Shown here: positions 26,333 through 37,391 of the stretch, in pieces
How positions within the stretch are numbered: position 1 is the stretch's first letter
Layout of the letters: every line of letters starts with the position of its first letter
Virus record (IMG/VR): IMGVR_UViG_3300027736_002225
Origin: a virus
Strand: one strand, 5' to 3'
Length of the DNA: 64,000 nt
The notes under the pieces: model-generated
Database searches by the model: none
Told to the model about the DNA's origin: nothing
What the model saw: only the letters and a program-made list of their open reading frames with translations
Program-made: the position numbers and the translations under genes

Positions 26333-27121
26333 TCAATACATTACCTCATATCCTATAACTCCCCATCGATTATTGTTCCATCTACAATTAACTTGGGTCT
26401 CAACGCATGCTTTTATGTTGTGAAAGAACAATCTAGCAGAGGTTCTATCAACAACACTATCAACCAAACATCCAACGCTACTCGGAACTACATGAATTTC
26501 TTTAGCATTATAAATTAAATCCATGTAATCAAATATATTATCTGTAGCGCCTTCTTTAATTTCAATAATATCAAGATTATTTATATTACCAGAAACAGCT
26601 ACGTTTATAGGATATCCATCGGGTTTGTTGCTACTATATCTATGGACTAACATATAGTCCCTTCCTTTATATAAGGAATCAAATAGCTTTTTAGAATTTT
26701 TAGTATTTTGTGGAATCTGGCATTTAGTATATCTTGCAGAGAATGGAACTTCTACAATTTCATACATTTGCCTATCAGAACTTATTGCAAGATTTGCGTA
26801 ATCAAGTTGTCCATTAGGAAGTTTTCTTAATAATCTAGTATATTGTATTTCCGGATCTGCCGCACTCAACATACTGCAATTATTTTTATTTGCAAAATCT
26901 TCTAGCAAATGTTTATTGCGTGTAATATCAATATCAGGGAATTCTAATAATTCAATATTACTAAATCCCTCATATAATGTTTGCATAGATTCCCTAAAGA
27001 ATTTTCTATAAGGAACATAAACAACATCGCAGACTTCTGCAAATGCGTGAACCATTCCGTTGCAAATTATATGATCACCGAGACCAGTATGAGTATGTAG
27101 TAATAATCTATCACCTGCCAT
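26333..27121 (-). CDS. putative glycosyltransferase (GT9/GT-B-like)
   Basis: HTGLGDHIICNGMV, AKEIHVVPSS; lies between the heptose genes. Confidence 0.5.
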   Translation of the reverse strand: MAGDRLLLHTHTGLGDHIICNGMVHAFAEVCDVVYVPYRKFFRESMQTLYEGFSNIELLEFPDIDITRNKHLLEDFANKNNCSMLSAADPEIQYTRLLRKLPNGQLDYANLAISSDRQMYEIVEVPFSARYTKCQIPQNTKNSKKLFDSLYKGRDYMLVHRYSSNKPDGYPINVAVSGNINNLDIIEIKEGATDNIFDYMDLIYNAKEIHVVPSSVGCLVDSVVDRTSARLFFHNIKACVETQVNCRWNNNRWGVIGYEVMY

Positions 27122-27125
27122 TATT

Positions 27126-27923
27126 TTATCCTTGTTTCAAGTAATCTACGTAATTGGAAACGCCTTCCTTTATTGTAGTCATACTTGATAAATTATATCC
27201 AATTTTTTCCAATGTTGTCATATCGGAAGATGTATTCTTTTGATATTGATTAACTATATCTTCAGGAAACTTTATATATTCCTTTTCACCAAATCCAATT
27301 TTTTCTAAAAGACATTGTAGTACATATTCAAAATTATTTTGTGTACCTGATCCTAAATCATATGTTCCGGGAATATAGTTATTTAAAAAGTATTCTATTA
27401 CTTTAATAAGATCCTGTACATATATAAAATCTCTATAGATTGAATCCGATCCTTCAAATATTTTTGCTTTACCTGTGTCATTAATTTGATTATACCAATG
27501 ATATATTGTACTAGCCATTCTACCTTTATGTTCCTCATGCGGGCCATATACATTAAAAAATCTTAGAACAACTGCTCTGTTATTAATATGTTCTTCACTA
27601 TCAAGTTTACTCTTAGCATAAAGATTTAATGGGCCGTTTCCATTTCCATAAATTGCTGCAGAACTTGCAAATATAAAAGGAATATTATTTTCGTTACAAT
27701 AATCAAACCATTTATTAGTGCTGTCAACATTTAATCTTGTCAATCTACCCCAATCTTTTTCCAATGTATTAGAAATTGCTCCCAAATGAACAACTCCTGT
27801 TATGTCTTTTGAATATATTGGTTCATCCTCAATATCAAGACCAACGACATTATAATTTCTTTTTACAAAATAGTCTATTGCATTTTGTCCAATAAAACCA
27901 TTTGCCCCGGTTATTACTACCAT
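27126..27923 (-). CDS. hldD: ADP-L-glycero-D-manno-heptose 6-epimerase-like
   Basis: TGANGFIG, PLNLYAKSK, FNVYGPHEEHKGRMAS, YQKNT. Confidence 0.85.
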   Translation of the reverse strand: MVVITGANGFIGQNAIDYFVKRNYNVVGLDIEDEPIYSKDITGVVHLGAISNTLEKDWGRLTRLNVDSTNKWFDYCNENNIPFIFASSAAIYGNGNGPLNLYAKSKLDSEEHINNRAVVLRFFNVYGPHEEHKGRMASTIYHWYNQINDTGKAKIFEGSDSIYRDFIYVQDLIKVIEYFLNNYIPGTYDLGSGTQNNFEYVLQCLLEKIGFGEKEYIKFPEDIVNQYQKNTSSDMTTLEKIGYNLSSMTTIKEGVSNYVDYLKQG

Positions 27924-28867
27924 ACAAAATTCTCTTTATAATAATCTACCATAATTTCTAATTCATTATCAAAATTTGCATTTGGGCGCCACCCAAGAGA
28001 TTTTAATTTAGAATCATCTATTGCATATCTAACATCTTGGCCTTGTCGTTTTTCGGACAAATCCATAAAATTGCTATATGTTTCTTCGGTGCATAAGTGA
28101 AATCTATCTATAATTTTTTTGGCAATAACTATATTTTGTTCCTCATAGTTTCCAGATATGTTATAGATTTCATTTTTTGTTTCAGATTTAATTATGGTTA
28201 TAACTGCAGAAGCGGTATCAGATACATGGAGCCATGTTCTTCGCGGCATCCCGGCATCGTGCATAATAATTTTCCTACCCAAAGTCAAATGCTTAATTGC
28301 TTTTGGTATAAATTTTTCTACATATTGCCCTGTGCCATAATTATTAGTTGGTCTAAGAATGACATAAGGAACCTCATATGTTCTTGCCCATGCAAGTACT
28401 AACATATCTGCAGCTGCTTTTGTTGCAGAATATGGATTACTTGGTTTTAATAAATCTGTTTCAGAATGAGCGCCATCAACAATATCACCATATACTTCAT
28501 CCGTACTAAAATGCAATAGTGTAGGGCGTCTTGTTTTTGGGGTTGCTTTTATTAGTTCAAGTAATTTATGGACTCCATTAATATTGCTTCTAAGGAAAAC
28601 ATCTGAGCTAACAATACTATTGTCAACGTGTGTTTCGGCAGCCATATTAATGATGTAGTCGCAATCATAAATTTTTTCTAGATCATTAATATCCGAATAC
28701 AAAAATTTAAATTTTGGATATTCTAATAGTAAAGGAAGGAAGTTTTTATTGCTGGCATATGTTTTTTTATCAATACCAAAAACATAATAACCTTCATCTA
28801 AACATTTTTTAGTAACATGGTATCCCATGAATCCTAAACAACCTGTCACATAAACAATTTTTGTCAT
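27917..28867 (-). CDS. rfbB: dTDP-glucose 4,6-dehydratase
   Basis: AAETHVDNS, STDEVYG, PYSATKAA, GQDVRYA. Confidence 0.92.
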   Translation of the reverse strand: MTKIVYVTGCLGFMGYHVTKKCLDEGYYVFGIDKKTYASNKNFLPLLLEYPKFKFLYSDINDLEKIYDCDYIINMAAETHVDNSIVSSDVFLRSNINGVHKLLELIKATPKTRRPTLLHFSTDEVYGDIVDGAHSETDLLKPSNPYSATKAAADMLVLAWARTYEVPYVILRPTNNYGTGQYVEKFIPKAIKHLTLGRKIIMHDAGMPRRTWLHVSDTASAVITIIKSETKNEIYNISGNYEEQNIVIAKKIIDRFHLCTEETYSNFMDLSEKRQGQDVRYAIDDSKLKSLGWRPNANFDNELEIMVDYYKENFVW

Positions 28868-29643
28868 ACATATACTTTCAACCCATGTGCTAAGCCATAT
28901 AAACGAAGAGCATGGTGCTTTTTTAAATTATCTAAAGCAGTAGAATTCCCAGTATAATCTGTATTCCCTGTTGATTCTACAATAAAATTTTTCTCTAAAT
29001 TATTTATATCACAAAAATAATCTAAAAATTCACTAAGCTTTATTTTTTCAGGATATACGCAATCTATTGTCTGATACAATGAGGTTACTGTTTGTAGATT
29101 TGACAATACAAATTTAATTATATTGTAAAAATCTTGTATTGAGATGTAATCAAATTTTCGGTCATCTATAAGTTTAAAAGGTTCTGTAGATGCAAGGAAT
29201 CTTTTTAATAACCGAGTTTCATATTCTGTATTTCCAAAACATCCAAACAATCGCAAATTAATGTATTTTGCATCTTTTCTAATAATATCATAAATTGTTC
29301 TCTTAGAGAAAGCATACGCATTGTTTGTATCTGTACCTTCTATTCCCGAACCAATATTAATATAATTTTTAAATAGATTAGAGTTAGAATGAAAATTATA
29401 AAACAAAGATAAATTTCTTGCTACGTCGTATGCGTCTTTGCTTTGTAGATTTTCTTTTCCGCCAAATGTTAGACAATTTATAACAACATCTGCTTGAACC
29501 GCAGTTAATAAATTCTTTACAGTTTCATTGTCAAATAAATCTACCTGATCTTTATAGATAGGAAGTACTTGATGTGCCGATGTTAACTCTTTAGTTAGGT
29601 AAGATCCAATAAATCCGCCTGCGCCAATAATTACAATTCTCAT
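28864..29643 (-). CDS. NAD-dependent epimerase/reductase (extended SDR)
   Basis: GAGGFIG, YAFSK, LRLFGCFG. Confidence 0.85.
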   Translation of the reverse strand: MRIVIIGAGGFIGSYLTKELTSAHQVLPIYKDQVDLFDNETVKNLLTAVQADVVINCLTFGGKENLQSKDAYDVARNLSLFYNFHSNSNLFKNYINIGSGIEGTDTNNAYAFSKRTIYDIIRKDAKYINLRLFGCFGNTEYETRLLKRFLASTEPFKLIDDRKFDYISIQDFYNIIKFVLSNLQTVTSLYQTIDCVYPEKIKLSEFLDYFCDINNLEKNFIVESTGNTDYTGNSTALDNLKKHHALRLYGLAHGLKVYV

Positions 29644-30380
29644 ATGTTTACAATCATTTCTTTTTTAAATTCTTCATCTGATAAAAATGGTAGCATGTCA
29701 TGAAGGCCTGCCTGTTTACCATTTTTTAATGCTTGGGCTGGTAAAATTTCTTGGTCTTCTAAACACTTACAATCTATAATAGCGGGCCCGTCAACTAATA
29801 AAAAATCTTTAAAGGAATTCAATTGAGTTTCCAATCTAACATCTTGATAATCTAGACCAAATGTAGTTGCTATATTCTTAAAAGATGGAAACCATAATCC
29901 AGTTTCAGAACTTGTTCCAAATACTCGTCCATTAAAATATTTGGATTGGGTATTTTTAATACTTAAATATCCATTATTATTCAATACAATAAATTTTATA
30001 TTAAGGTTATGTTGTTTTACAACGGCAAGTTCTTGAATATTGCTCATAAAACTACCATCGCCTGTTATGGCAATAACTTGTTGATTGCTTGACATAGCAA
30101 CACCTATTGCTGCAGGAACCACCCAGCCCATATCTGCTTGTGCTGGGCTAAAAATAAAGCGTTGTCCTTCTTTTGCATTAAGGGCAGTTGGTCCAGCATA
30201 ACTAATACTGCCAGCATCGCCCATAATAATATCAGATGCTATACTATATTTGTTTACTGCATCTAAAACTGCGTAAATATTTAATGCGTAATCATTATTA
30301 TTCGCGGCATATTCTGGCTGCATCACCGGCCATATGTTTTTCCAATGATTGCATTTATCAATCCATTCTTGCCGCGTCAT
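29640..30380 (-). CDS. TPP enzyme, C-terminal (PP) half of an acetolactate synthase/YerE-like protein
   Basis: QADMG, GDGSF, LNNNGY. Confidence 0.85.
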   Translation of the reverse strand: MTRQEWIDKCNHWKNIWPVMQPEYAANNNDYALNIYAVLDAVNKYSIASDIIMGDAGSISYAGPTALNAKEGQRFIFSPAQADMGWVVPAAIGVAMSSNQQVIAITGDGSFMSNIQELAVVKQHNLNIKFIVLNNNGYLSIKNTQSKYFNGRVFGTSSETGLWFPSFKNIATTFGLDYQDVRLETQLNSFKDFLLVDGPAIIDCKCLEDQEILPAQALKNGKQAGLHDMLPFLSDEEFKKEMIVNI

Positions 30381-31387
30381 ATCATACCTCTAAAAAATTT
30401 TTCTAGGTTAACATTATACTTGGAATCAATATGCACAATATCTTTTTTCAACTCATTTATATCTAAATCTATTGCAATCTTATAACTAGCGGGACTAAAT
30501 TGTTTTGGATCATATCCAATAACACTGCTATTTACGCTGCTTCCAAGTATCAATAATAAGTCAGCATTCTGCATTGCAAAATTACCTGCTCGAGAACCTT
30601 TAATTCCTACGGTACCAATACTTAACGGGTGGCTATCTGCAGTATAGTCCCTTGCACCGTAAGTACTAACGTATGGGATCTGATAATTTTCAATAAAATT
30701 AACAAATTGATCCACAGTATTACTTTGTCTAATACCGTATCCAGCAAGAATAACTGGGCGCCGAGACTCTGAAATTTTTTGTTTAATCTCAGAAAAATTA
30801 GACATTAGGTTGTTTACAACCGACGGTATATACGTTGAATATTTTTCCGGCATTTCTGCCGTTTGAATATTGCTAGGAATGTCTATCCAAACGGGACCGG
30901 GTCTACCACTTGTCGCAGTATAAACTGCTTCTTGAATTTTATAAGCAACATCTTCAACACTAGTAATGAATGTTGCGGTTTTTGTCATTGATTTAAATGT
31001 ATCAATAACATTATGTTCTTGTATTCCATACTTTCGAATATTAATATTCTTTTGTTCATTTATCCAAGAACTACAAGTATCCAAACGGACATTACCACTT
31101 ATGAATAATACAGGAACAGAATCTTGCCAAGCATTTAAAACACTAGTTGCACAGTTTGTTCCTGCACACCCAGTAGTAGGATTTACTACAGATAGTTTTC
31201 CTGTAAATTTACTTTCGCCTATTGCAGAATGTCCTGCACCTTGTTCGTGATGATAACAGATATAATTTATTTTTCCATGTTTAATGAAACCATCATTAAG
31301 TCCGCTGGCGCCGCCGCCCATCAATCCATGTACTCTAGATACACCTATATTATATAAGTATTCTGCTATCCAATCACAAACTCGCAT
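30377..31387 (-). CDS. TPP enzyme, N-terminal and central half of an acetolactate synthase/YerE-like protein
   Basis: HHEQGAG, TTGCAGTN, RPGPVWIDIP. Confidence 0.85.
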   Translation of the reverse strand: MRVCDWIAEYLYNIGVSRVHGLMGGGASGLNDGFIKHGKINYICYHHEQGAGHSAIGESKFTGKLSVVNPTTGCAGTNCATSVLNAWQDSVPVLFISGNVRLDTCSSWINEQKNINIRKYGIQEHNVIDTFKSMTKTATFITSVEDVAYKIQEAVYTATSGRPGPVWIDIPSNIQTAEMPEKYSTYIPSVVNNLMSNFSEIKQKISESRRPVILAGYGIRQSNTVDQFVNFIENYQIPYVSTYGARDYTADSHPLSIGTVGIKGSRAGNFAMQNADLLLILGSSVNSSVIGYDPKQFSPASYKIAIDLDINELKKDIVHIDSKYNVNLEKFFRGMI

Positions 31388-32543
31388 GATTTGTTGCCCA
31401 ATCATTAATACGTTTTAATGCTTCAATTATATCTTTTTTACTGGTAGCATAACAAAGGCGTAGATATCCTTTGCCATATTCCCCAAAACAATCGCCAGGT
31501 AATGTAACAACCCCGGCATCAAGTAATGCGTTGCATACCTCTTCAGAAGTTAGACCCGTCTTTGTAATATTTGGAAATACATAGAATGCGCCTCCTGGAA
31601 ACAAACACTCAAATCCCGGAATCTTATTCAATCCATCAACCAGTAAATCTCTTCTAGACTTATATTCTTCCATCATATTATAAACAGAATCTTGCGGGCC
31701 GTCAATAGCTTCTTTCCCGGCTGCTTGAATAAATGGGCTAACGCAACTACTCGTTGTTTGTAACAATGCAGCCATTCTTTCAATCACAGTACTAGGGCCT
31801 ATCATAGTTCCTAGTCTCCAACCAGTCATTGCAAATGCTTTACTAAAACCATTGCTTATAATAACGTGTTCTTTACATTCATCATATATTCCGGGACTAC
31901 TAAATGTGCTATAATTCATCCTACTATAAATTTCGTCACTATACAGATATATGTCTTTTTCTTTTGCCAATTCATATATTGCTTTAATTTCTTCAGGAGT
32001 CATTACACTTCCCGTAGGATTGTGTGGACTGTTTATAATGATCAATCTAGTTTTATCGGTAATTGCATTTGCAACATCCTCGGGGTTCATTCTAAATTTG
32101 TTTTCTTCTTTTAACGGCACTCTAACAGGAATTGCGCCGCACATTTTAATTGTGCTGTAATAAGTTGCAAATCCAGGATCGGGAACAATTACTTCATATC
32201 CAGGATCAACTAAACAGTATATTGCATAAAACATTCCAATATTGGCGCCAGGAGTAATTAACACTTGATCTAGATCGGGCGCAAATCCTCTACTTCGTTT
32301 AGTAGCATCTATAATAGTTTGTCGAAAGTCTGGCAATCCAAAACTACTGCAATAATGCGTGCCGCCATTCTTCAAAGAATTTATAGCAGCATTAATTACA
32401 TTTTCTGGAGTATCAAAATCTGGATCTCCTATTTCCATATGGATCATAGATCTACCAAGTGATTCTAATTTTTTTGCCCTGTCCAAATATTTGAACATGG
32501 GTTGCCCATCAATATTGGAAGCGACTTTACTTAAATTTTTCAT
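31374..32543 (-). CDS. PLP-dependent aminotransferase class I/II
   Basis: GDPDF, NSPHNPTG, SDEIY, FSKAFAMTGWRLG. Confidence 0.92.
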   Translation of the reverse strand: MKNLSKVASNIDGQPMFKYLDRAKKLESLGRSMIHMEIGDPDFDTPENVINAAINSLKNGGTHYCSSFGLPDFRQTIIDATKRSRGFAPDLDQVLITPGANIGMFYAIYCLVDPGYEVIVPDPGFATYYSTIKMCGAIPVRVPLKEENKFRMNPEDVANAITDKTRLIIINSPHNPTGSVMTPEEIKAIYELAKEKDIYLYSDEIYSRMNYSTFSSPGIYDECKEHVIISNGFSKAFAMTGWRLGTMIGPSTVIERMAALLQTTSSCVSPFIQAAGKEAIDGPQDSVYNMMEEYKSRRDLLVDGLNKIPGFECLFPGGAFYVFPNITKTGLTSEEVCNALLDAGVVTLPGDCFGEYGKGYLRLCYATSKKDIIEALKRINDWATNHASL

Positions 32544-33862
32544 ACAAATAAACTCATAAAACCATCAACTACTTTACCTATATATGCAATTTGTTCGGGA
32601 GTAATTACTGGACTTGTGCCATGGAAATAAGTATTGGTCATTGTCATTGTAGCAATCGGAAAATTATCTCTTGCATCTGCAGGATTCATTAGATGACTAT
32701 ATGCTGGTTGTAGCATAATGTTACCTGCAAAATATGGGCGCGTCTGAATCAAATGTTCTTCAAGATAATCAACAATATCGCTACGTGTAAAAGGAACACC
32801 TTTGCGAATTGTTAACGGGAATGCAAACCAACTAGGATTACTCTTTGCCTGTGCTCTTGGTAAGTGGAAATATTCTTCATATTTACTATAGATATCAAAC
32901 AATAAGTTGTAATTGCGTTTGCGTAACTCGTGTATTGTTTCCAACTTATCTAATTGAACCAATCCCATCGCACCTTGCAATTCAATTGGTTTTAAATTGT
33001 AACCTATTTCATCATACACATACTTGTGATCAAAAATTTCTCCTGGCATCTCAGGAATCCATTCTTTAAATCGTGTGCCACAAGAACCGCATTTTAATTT
33101 ATTTGCTTCAGGACCAACACAATAACATCCGCGTCCCCATTCTCTAAATGATCTAGCAATAACTTCTGTTTCATATGTTTTACAAGCAACAAATCCGCCT
33201 TCGCCCATTGTCATGTGATGCGCCGGATAGAATGAGCAAGATGCCATCTCTCCATAAGATCCTAATGGATTTCCGTCATATGTAGATCCTAAAGCATCGC
33301 AACAATCTTCTAAAAGAATCATATCATAGCGTTTAACTAATTCCATTACCCAATCCATATTAGGAGGATTACCTAATACATGGGCAAATGTAATTACTCT
33401 AATATTATGTTTCTTAATTAGTTCTTCTGCTTTTGTTAGATCAAGATTTAATGTGTCTAACTCAATATCTAAAAACACAGGTTCAAACCCAAGTTGTAAT
33501 GTTGGATTTAATGTTGTCGGGAAACCTGCAATAGGCATTAATACCTTTGTTCCCTTAGGCAAATTATATCCACGCTTAGATGTAAGAGTAGACATCATTA
33601 ACAGATTAGAACTAGATCCAGAATTTGTTAAAATTCCATGTTTCTTTCCAAATTGTTTAGGAAACTCTTTTTCAAATTTTACGGATTGGTCGCCCATAAC
33701 AAGCCAACCATTTAATAACGTACTTACTGCTGCAAGTATTTCATGCTCGTCAAAATATGGACCTGCGTATTTAACGAAGTCTTTACCAGGAATCCAAATT
33801 TCCTCATTGCGTTTATTTCTAACAAACTCCGCAATGCCAATTAAAATATCATCTTTGTTCAT
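32540..33862 (-). CDS. rfbH: NDP-4-keto-6-deoxyglucose 3-dehydrase (RfbH/DdhC)
   Basis: NSGSSSN, EDCCDALG, SFYPAHHMTMGEGG (His in place of the catalytic Lys), WGRGCYC Fe-S cysteines, DHKYVY. Confidence 0.9.
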   Translation of the reverse strand: MNKDDILIGIAEFVRNKRNEEIWIPGKDFVKYAGPYFDEHEILAAVSTLLNGWLVMGDQSVKFEKEFPKQFGKKHGILTNSGSSSNLLMMSTLTSKRGYNLPKGTKVLMPIAGFPTTLNPTLQLGFEPVFLDIELDTLNLDLTKAEELIKKHNIRVITFAHVLGNPPNMDWVMELVKRYDMILLEDCCDALGSTYDGNPLGSYGEMASCSFYPAHHMTMGEGGFVACKTYETEVIARSFREWGRGCYCVGPEANKLKCGSCGTRFKEWIPEMPGEIFDHKYVYDEIGYNLKPIELQGAMGLVQLDKLETIHELRKRNYNLLFDIYSKYEEYFHLPRAQAKSNPSWFAFPLTIRKGVPFTRSDIVDYLEEHLIQTRPYFAGNIMLQPAYSHLMNPADARDNFPIATMTMTNTYFHGTSPVITPEQIAYIGKVVDGFMSLFV

Positions 33863-33865
33863 AAT

Positions 33866-34768
33866 TTACCAATATGCGTAATTAGTTTCTAAGTTGGGAT
33901 GTACCACTCTTTGTGCTTTATCCTCATCCAATGGGTATATCCAATATTCATTAAACATAGGAAGCCATTCTTTATACGAAGGAGATTGTAACCAACGGGA
34001 ACCAACAATACCAAAAAATAGTTGGATCGTCCCGCCTGTCTGTATTCCTACTTTTCCTTGTTGCTTAGCATGCTGAGCATAAAAAGGAGATTGTGTTGTC
34101 ACTCCCGTTAACAAAACATCATAATCATAACTATCAATTAATTTCTTTGTATGCTCAACTATACTATCGAATGTATTGCATCCTGGAATCTGTCTATCAT
34201 CTGCAAGCGGATGGTATGGCGTTTTAATACAATCCACCAATTCAAAAGGTACAATTTTTTCTTTGTCTTTGCCCCAAATCCTATCAAGGTGATCCCATTG
34301 ATATTTTATAGATTCGGCGTGTGTAGATATTACAAGAACTTTTTTGCCTTTTAAATGTTGTGTCCAAGGTACTGGCAGTTTATTATACTCAGAATAATAT
34401 CCCAACAATCCTCCAGGATCTAATGCCGCAGTATCCTTATGAAAGAATGTTGGTTTATCCTCAAATTGCTTTATAAAATTTGATCTTTTAATATCTCCAG
34501 ATACATCAACAAATCCTAAAATATCACACTCTTTCATTACGTCTAAAGTCTCGGGCCACAACTTTTTAAACACGTAATCCATATTATCGGGTACGCCGCC
34601 TTCAACTAATGTGTATTCATTGTAGTGTTGTCTATCGGGAATAATTCCTCGAGAGATACAATCAAGAACATACCCTGCAGTATTGTCTATTCTTAATAGT
34701 GAAAACGGGACATTACTATCCAATTTTTCTATTAACAGGTCATTTAGTTTGTAATAGTCAATTTGCAT
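33866..34768 (-). CDS. hypothetical protein, possibly GT-D-like glycosyltransferase
   Basis: FSLLR, WTQHLKGKKVLVI, TGGTIQLFFGIVGSRW. Confidence 0.45.
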   Translation of the reverse strand: MQIDYYKLNDLLIEKLDSNVPFSLLRIDNTAGYVLDCISRGIIPDRQHYNEYTLVEGGVPDNMDYVFKKLWPETLDVMKECDILGFVDVSGDIKRSNFIKQFEDKPTFFHKDTAALDPGGLLGYYSEYNKLPVPWTQHLKGKKVLVISTHAESIKYQWDHLDRIWGKDKEKIVPFELVDCIKTPYHPLADDRQIPGCNTFDSIVEHTKKLIDSYDYDVLLTGVTTQSPFYAQHAKQQGKVGIQTGGTIQLFFGIVGSRWLQSPSYKEWLPMFNEYWIYPLDEDKAQRVVHPNLETNYAYW

Positions 34769-35471
34769 AGTATAGTGCTAATTTTTCTTTATCTGTTTTA
34801 ATATATCGAAACGCATCTTGTACATCAGGTGTAAGCGATTGATATAGTTGCATCATCTCTGTTTCCGCCTGATGCATATTATAATTAGTTCCCTGCGGGT
34901 GGGCAATAGTAAATGCGTAATCTCGAATAACTGGTCGTTTTTTAATATAACTAAGTGCGGTAAAAATTAAATCAAAACTCCAACCCATTTTATACGGAGC
35001 AAAATTTATATTTCTATTTTTTGCGTCATCAAGTATATCTTTATGAATAAACCAACAAGTGCAATCTGTATTTGCAACCATTTTTAAATTAGGCTCGTCC
35101 AGGTCAAAACTTGTTAAATCTGTTCTAAAAGGATTGTAGAATGTGTAATCTACATTGGGAGCATAGATTCCCCAATTATAGGTGTCAAAGCAATCTCTTG
35201 CACCTTGATAAATTTCTGCCCAATTATCATATGATGCGTCTGCTTGAATGTGAAACATTACATCGCCGGTAAACAATTCTAATGCTTTTAAGAATTGTGC
35301 AGTGAAATAACTTTCTTCTCCAATGTTGTGCCAATTGGGATCGTCCTCACGGTGATTGTCGTCACTATTAATGACAACAGGCACAACCCCAATGGCACTC
35401 AGTTGCTTTTGCTTTTCTTTTGTTTTTTCATATTGACCGCGCCAATTGAAAATAAATGTCTGTATATTCAT
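34758..35471 (-). CDS. putative glycosyltransferase-like protein
   Basis: Inside the sugar operon; IQADA, GWSFD, RPVIRD. Confidence 0.45.
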   Translation of the reverse strand: MNIQTFIFNWRGQYEKTKEKQKQLSAIGVVPVVINSDDNHREDDPNWHNIGEESYFTAQFLKALELFTGDVMFHIQADASYDNWAEIYQGARDCFDTYNWGIYAPNVDYTFYNPFRTDLTSFDLDEPNLKMVANTDCTCWFIHKDILDDAKNRNINFAPYKMGWSFDLIFTALSYIKKRPVIRDYAFTIAHPQGTNYNMHQAETEMMQLYQSLTPDVQDAFRYIKTDKEKLALYYAN

Positions 35472-36337
35472 CGTTGTAAAATTTTATTATACACTACGGC
35501 ATCAAACCAATTCAAGAAATTATCAAGCATGATGTATGATGGAGGGATGCCATTTTTAAATTTTGGCGCATTAAGCATTATGTTATATAATTCATCATTG
35601 CCGTCCAAATACATAATAAATTTAATTGCTTCTTCAACACTACCAAAATCATTTACATCAATAAATGCATTTGGATTAAAATCCGAACTAATTGTTTCAC
35701 TGCCCCAATAAATTGGAATTGTTCCTGCATAAAATGCGTGGAGTATTTTTTCAGTAACATAACCAGGATGCGAATATGGCTCAAAGCAAATATTAAATTT
35801 CCTTGTTGATAAGAATTCAATTTTTGCAGCCTCGCCTTCCAAATTAACATCTATATTTTTATATAGTTTGCCCGCACTATCAACGTGTTTTTCTTTGTGC
35901 AACATTTTAAAGAAATTATTACGTTCCTGACAATTCGGGTTACTTACAACAAAAGAACAGAATCCGGTTTTCTCTTTAATTTCTGGATTAAAGATATAGT
36001 TAAAATCGTATTTAGTATTGTGTATGTGTTCCAATGCCCACATATAGACAACATACAATGGCAATCTATAATGCCAAGATTCAAAGTTATGATCAAAACT
36101 TATTGCGTAGTTGCAATCATAATCTTCTGGTCTTTGATTTTCGCCTGTATAGAAAATCTTAACGCAATCTTTAGAATATTTTAAATTGTTTTCTCCAAAA
36201 TTTCTATCACCAAATAACAAAAAATCAGGATTCTCATTATTAACTTCTACATCATATCGTGTAGATAACAAGTCCATAAAGAATGTTGCTAGATGCGGAT
36301 GGGTATCAGTAAACCCTATACTTAATTTTTTATTCAT
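35468..36337 (-). CDS. GT10 alpha-1,3-fucosyltransferase-like
   Basis: YTGEN, FCSFVVSN, KFNICFE, YVTEKI, IPIYWG. Confidence 0.9.
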   Translation of the reverse strand: MNKKLSIGFTDTHPHLATFFMDLLSTRYDVEVNNENPDFLLFGDRNFGENNLKYSKDCVKIFYTGENQRPEDYDCNYAISFDHNFESWHYRLPLYVVYMWALEHIHNTKYDFNYIFNPEIKEKTGFCSFVVSNPNCQERNNFFKMLHKEKHVDSAGKLYKNIDVNLEGEAAKIEFLSTRKFNICFEPYSHPGYVTEKILHAFYAGTIPIYWGSETISSDFNPNAFIDVNDFGSVEEAIKFIMYLDGNDELYNIMLNAPKFKNGIPPSYIMLDNFLNWFDAVVYNKILQR

Positions 36338-36346
36338 ATAACTTTC

Positions 36347-37357
36347 TTATTCATCAAAATTCATACACATATCTTCAACCAAATCATCAAATGATTGCGT
36401 AGGTTTCCATCCTAATTGTATTCTTGCCTTCGATGCATCACCTAATAATGTTTCAACTTCTGCTGGTCGGAAATATTTTTTATCTACTCGGATTATTACT
36501 TTTTTATCTACTTTATTAATGCCAACTTCATTAACCCCGTCACCTTCCCAACGAATTTTTAAACCAAAATATGGGGCACAATGTTCAACAAATTCTCTTA
36601 CTGAGAATTGTTCTCCAGTTGCAATAACATAATCTTCAGGTGTATCTTGTTGCAACATCATCCACATTGCGTTGACATAATCTTTAGCATGTCCCCAATC
36701 TCGCATAGCATTTAGATTGCCAAGATACAAACACTCTTGTTTACCTTCACTAATTGCCTTTAAAGCATTTACAATTTTCTTAGTTACAAAATTATGTCCT
36801 CGGCGAGGAGATTCGTGATTAAATAGTATGCCCGAGCAAGCAAACATATTATACGACTCTCTGTAATTTTTTACAATCCAATAAGCATACATTTTTGCAA
36901 CACCGTATGGGGATCTAGGATAGAACGGAGTTGTTTCTTTTTGCGGGATTTCTTGAACCAATCCAAATAGTTCAGAAGTAGATGCTTGATAAATTTTTGT
37001 CTTTTTATCTAGATTAAGCAATCTTACAGATTCCAATATTTTTAACGTACCCATTGCATCAACCATACCTGTGTATTCAGGAGTTTCAAAAGAAACTTTA
37101 ACATGACTTTGGGCAGCTAAATTATAGATTTCATCTGGAGAATGTTTTTTTAGAACATTCATTAATGACAATGAATCAGTTACATCTCCATAATGTAATT
37201 CTAAATTTGGATGATTGAATATATGGTCAATTCTAGAAGTATTAATCGAAGAACTACGCCTAATAATACCATGAACTTCGTATCCTTTTTCCAATAGAAG
37301 TTCTGCTAGATAGGAACCATCTTGTCCTGTGATTCCTGTAATCAATGCTTTTTTCAT
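36347..37357 (-). CDS. gmd: GDP-mannose 4,6-dehydratase
   Basis: [33 protein letters not shown]. Confidence 0.97.
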   Translation of the reverse strand: MKKALITGITGQDGSYLAELLLEKGYEVHGIIRRSSSINTSRIDHIFNHPNLELHYGDVTDSLSLMNVLKKHSPDEIYNLAAQSHVKVSFETPEYTGMVDAMGTLKILESVRLLNLDKKTKIYQASTSELFGLVQEIPQKETTPFYPRSPYGVAKMYAYWIVKNYRESYNMFACSGILFNHESPRRGHNFVTKKIVNALKAISEGKQECLYLGNLNAMRDWGHAKDYVNAMWMMLQQDTPEDYVIATGEQFSVREFVEHCAPYFGLKIRWEGDGVNEVGINKVDKKVIIRVDKKYFRPAEVETLLGDASKARIQLGWKPTQSFDDLVEDMCMNFDE

Positions 37358-37391
37358 TTCAAACCTTATAATGAATTAATAACGACTTAAA

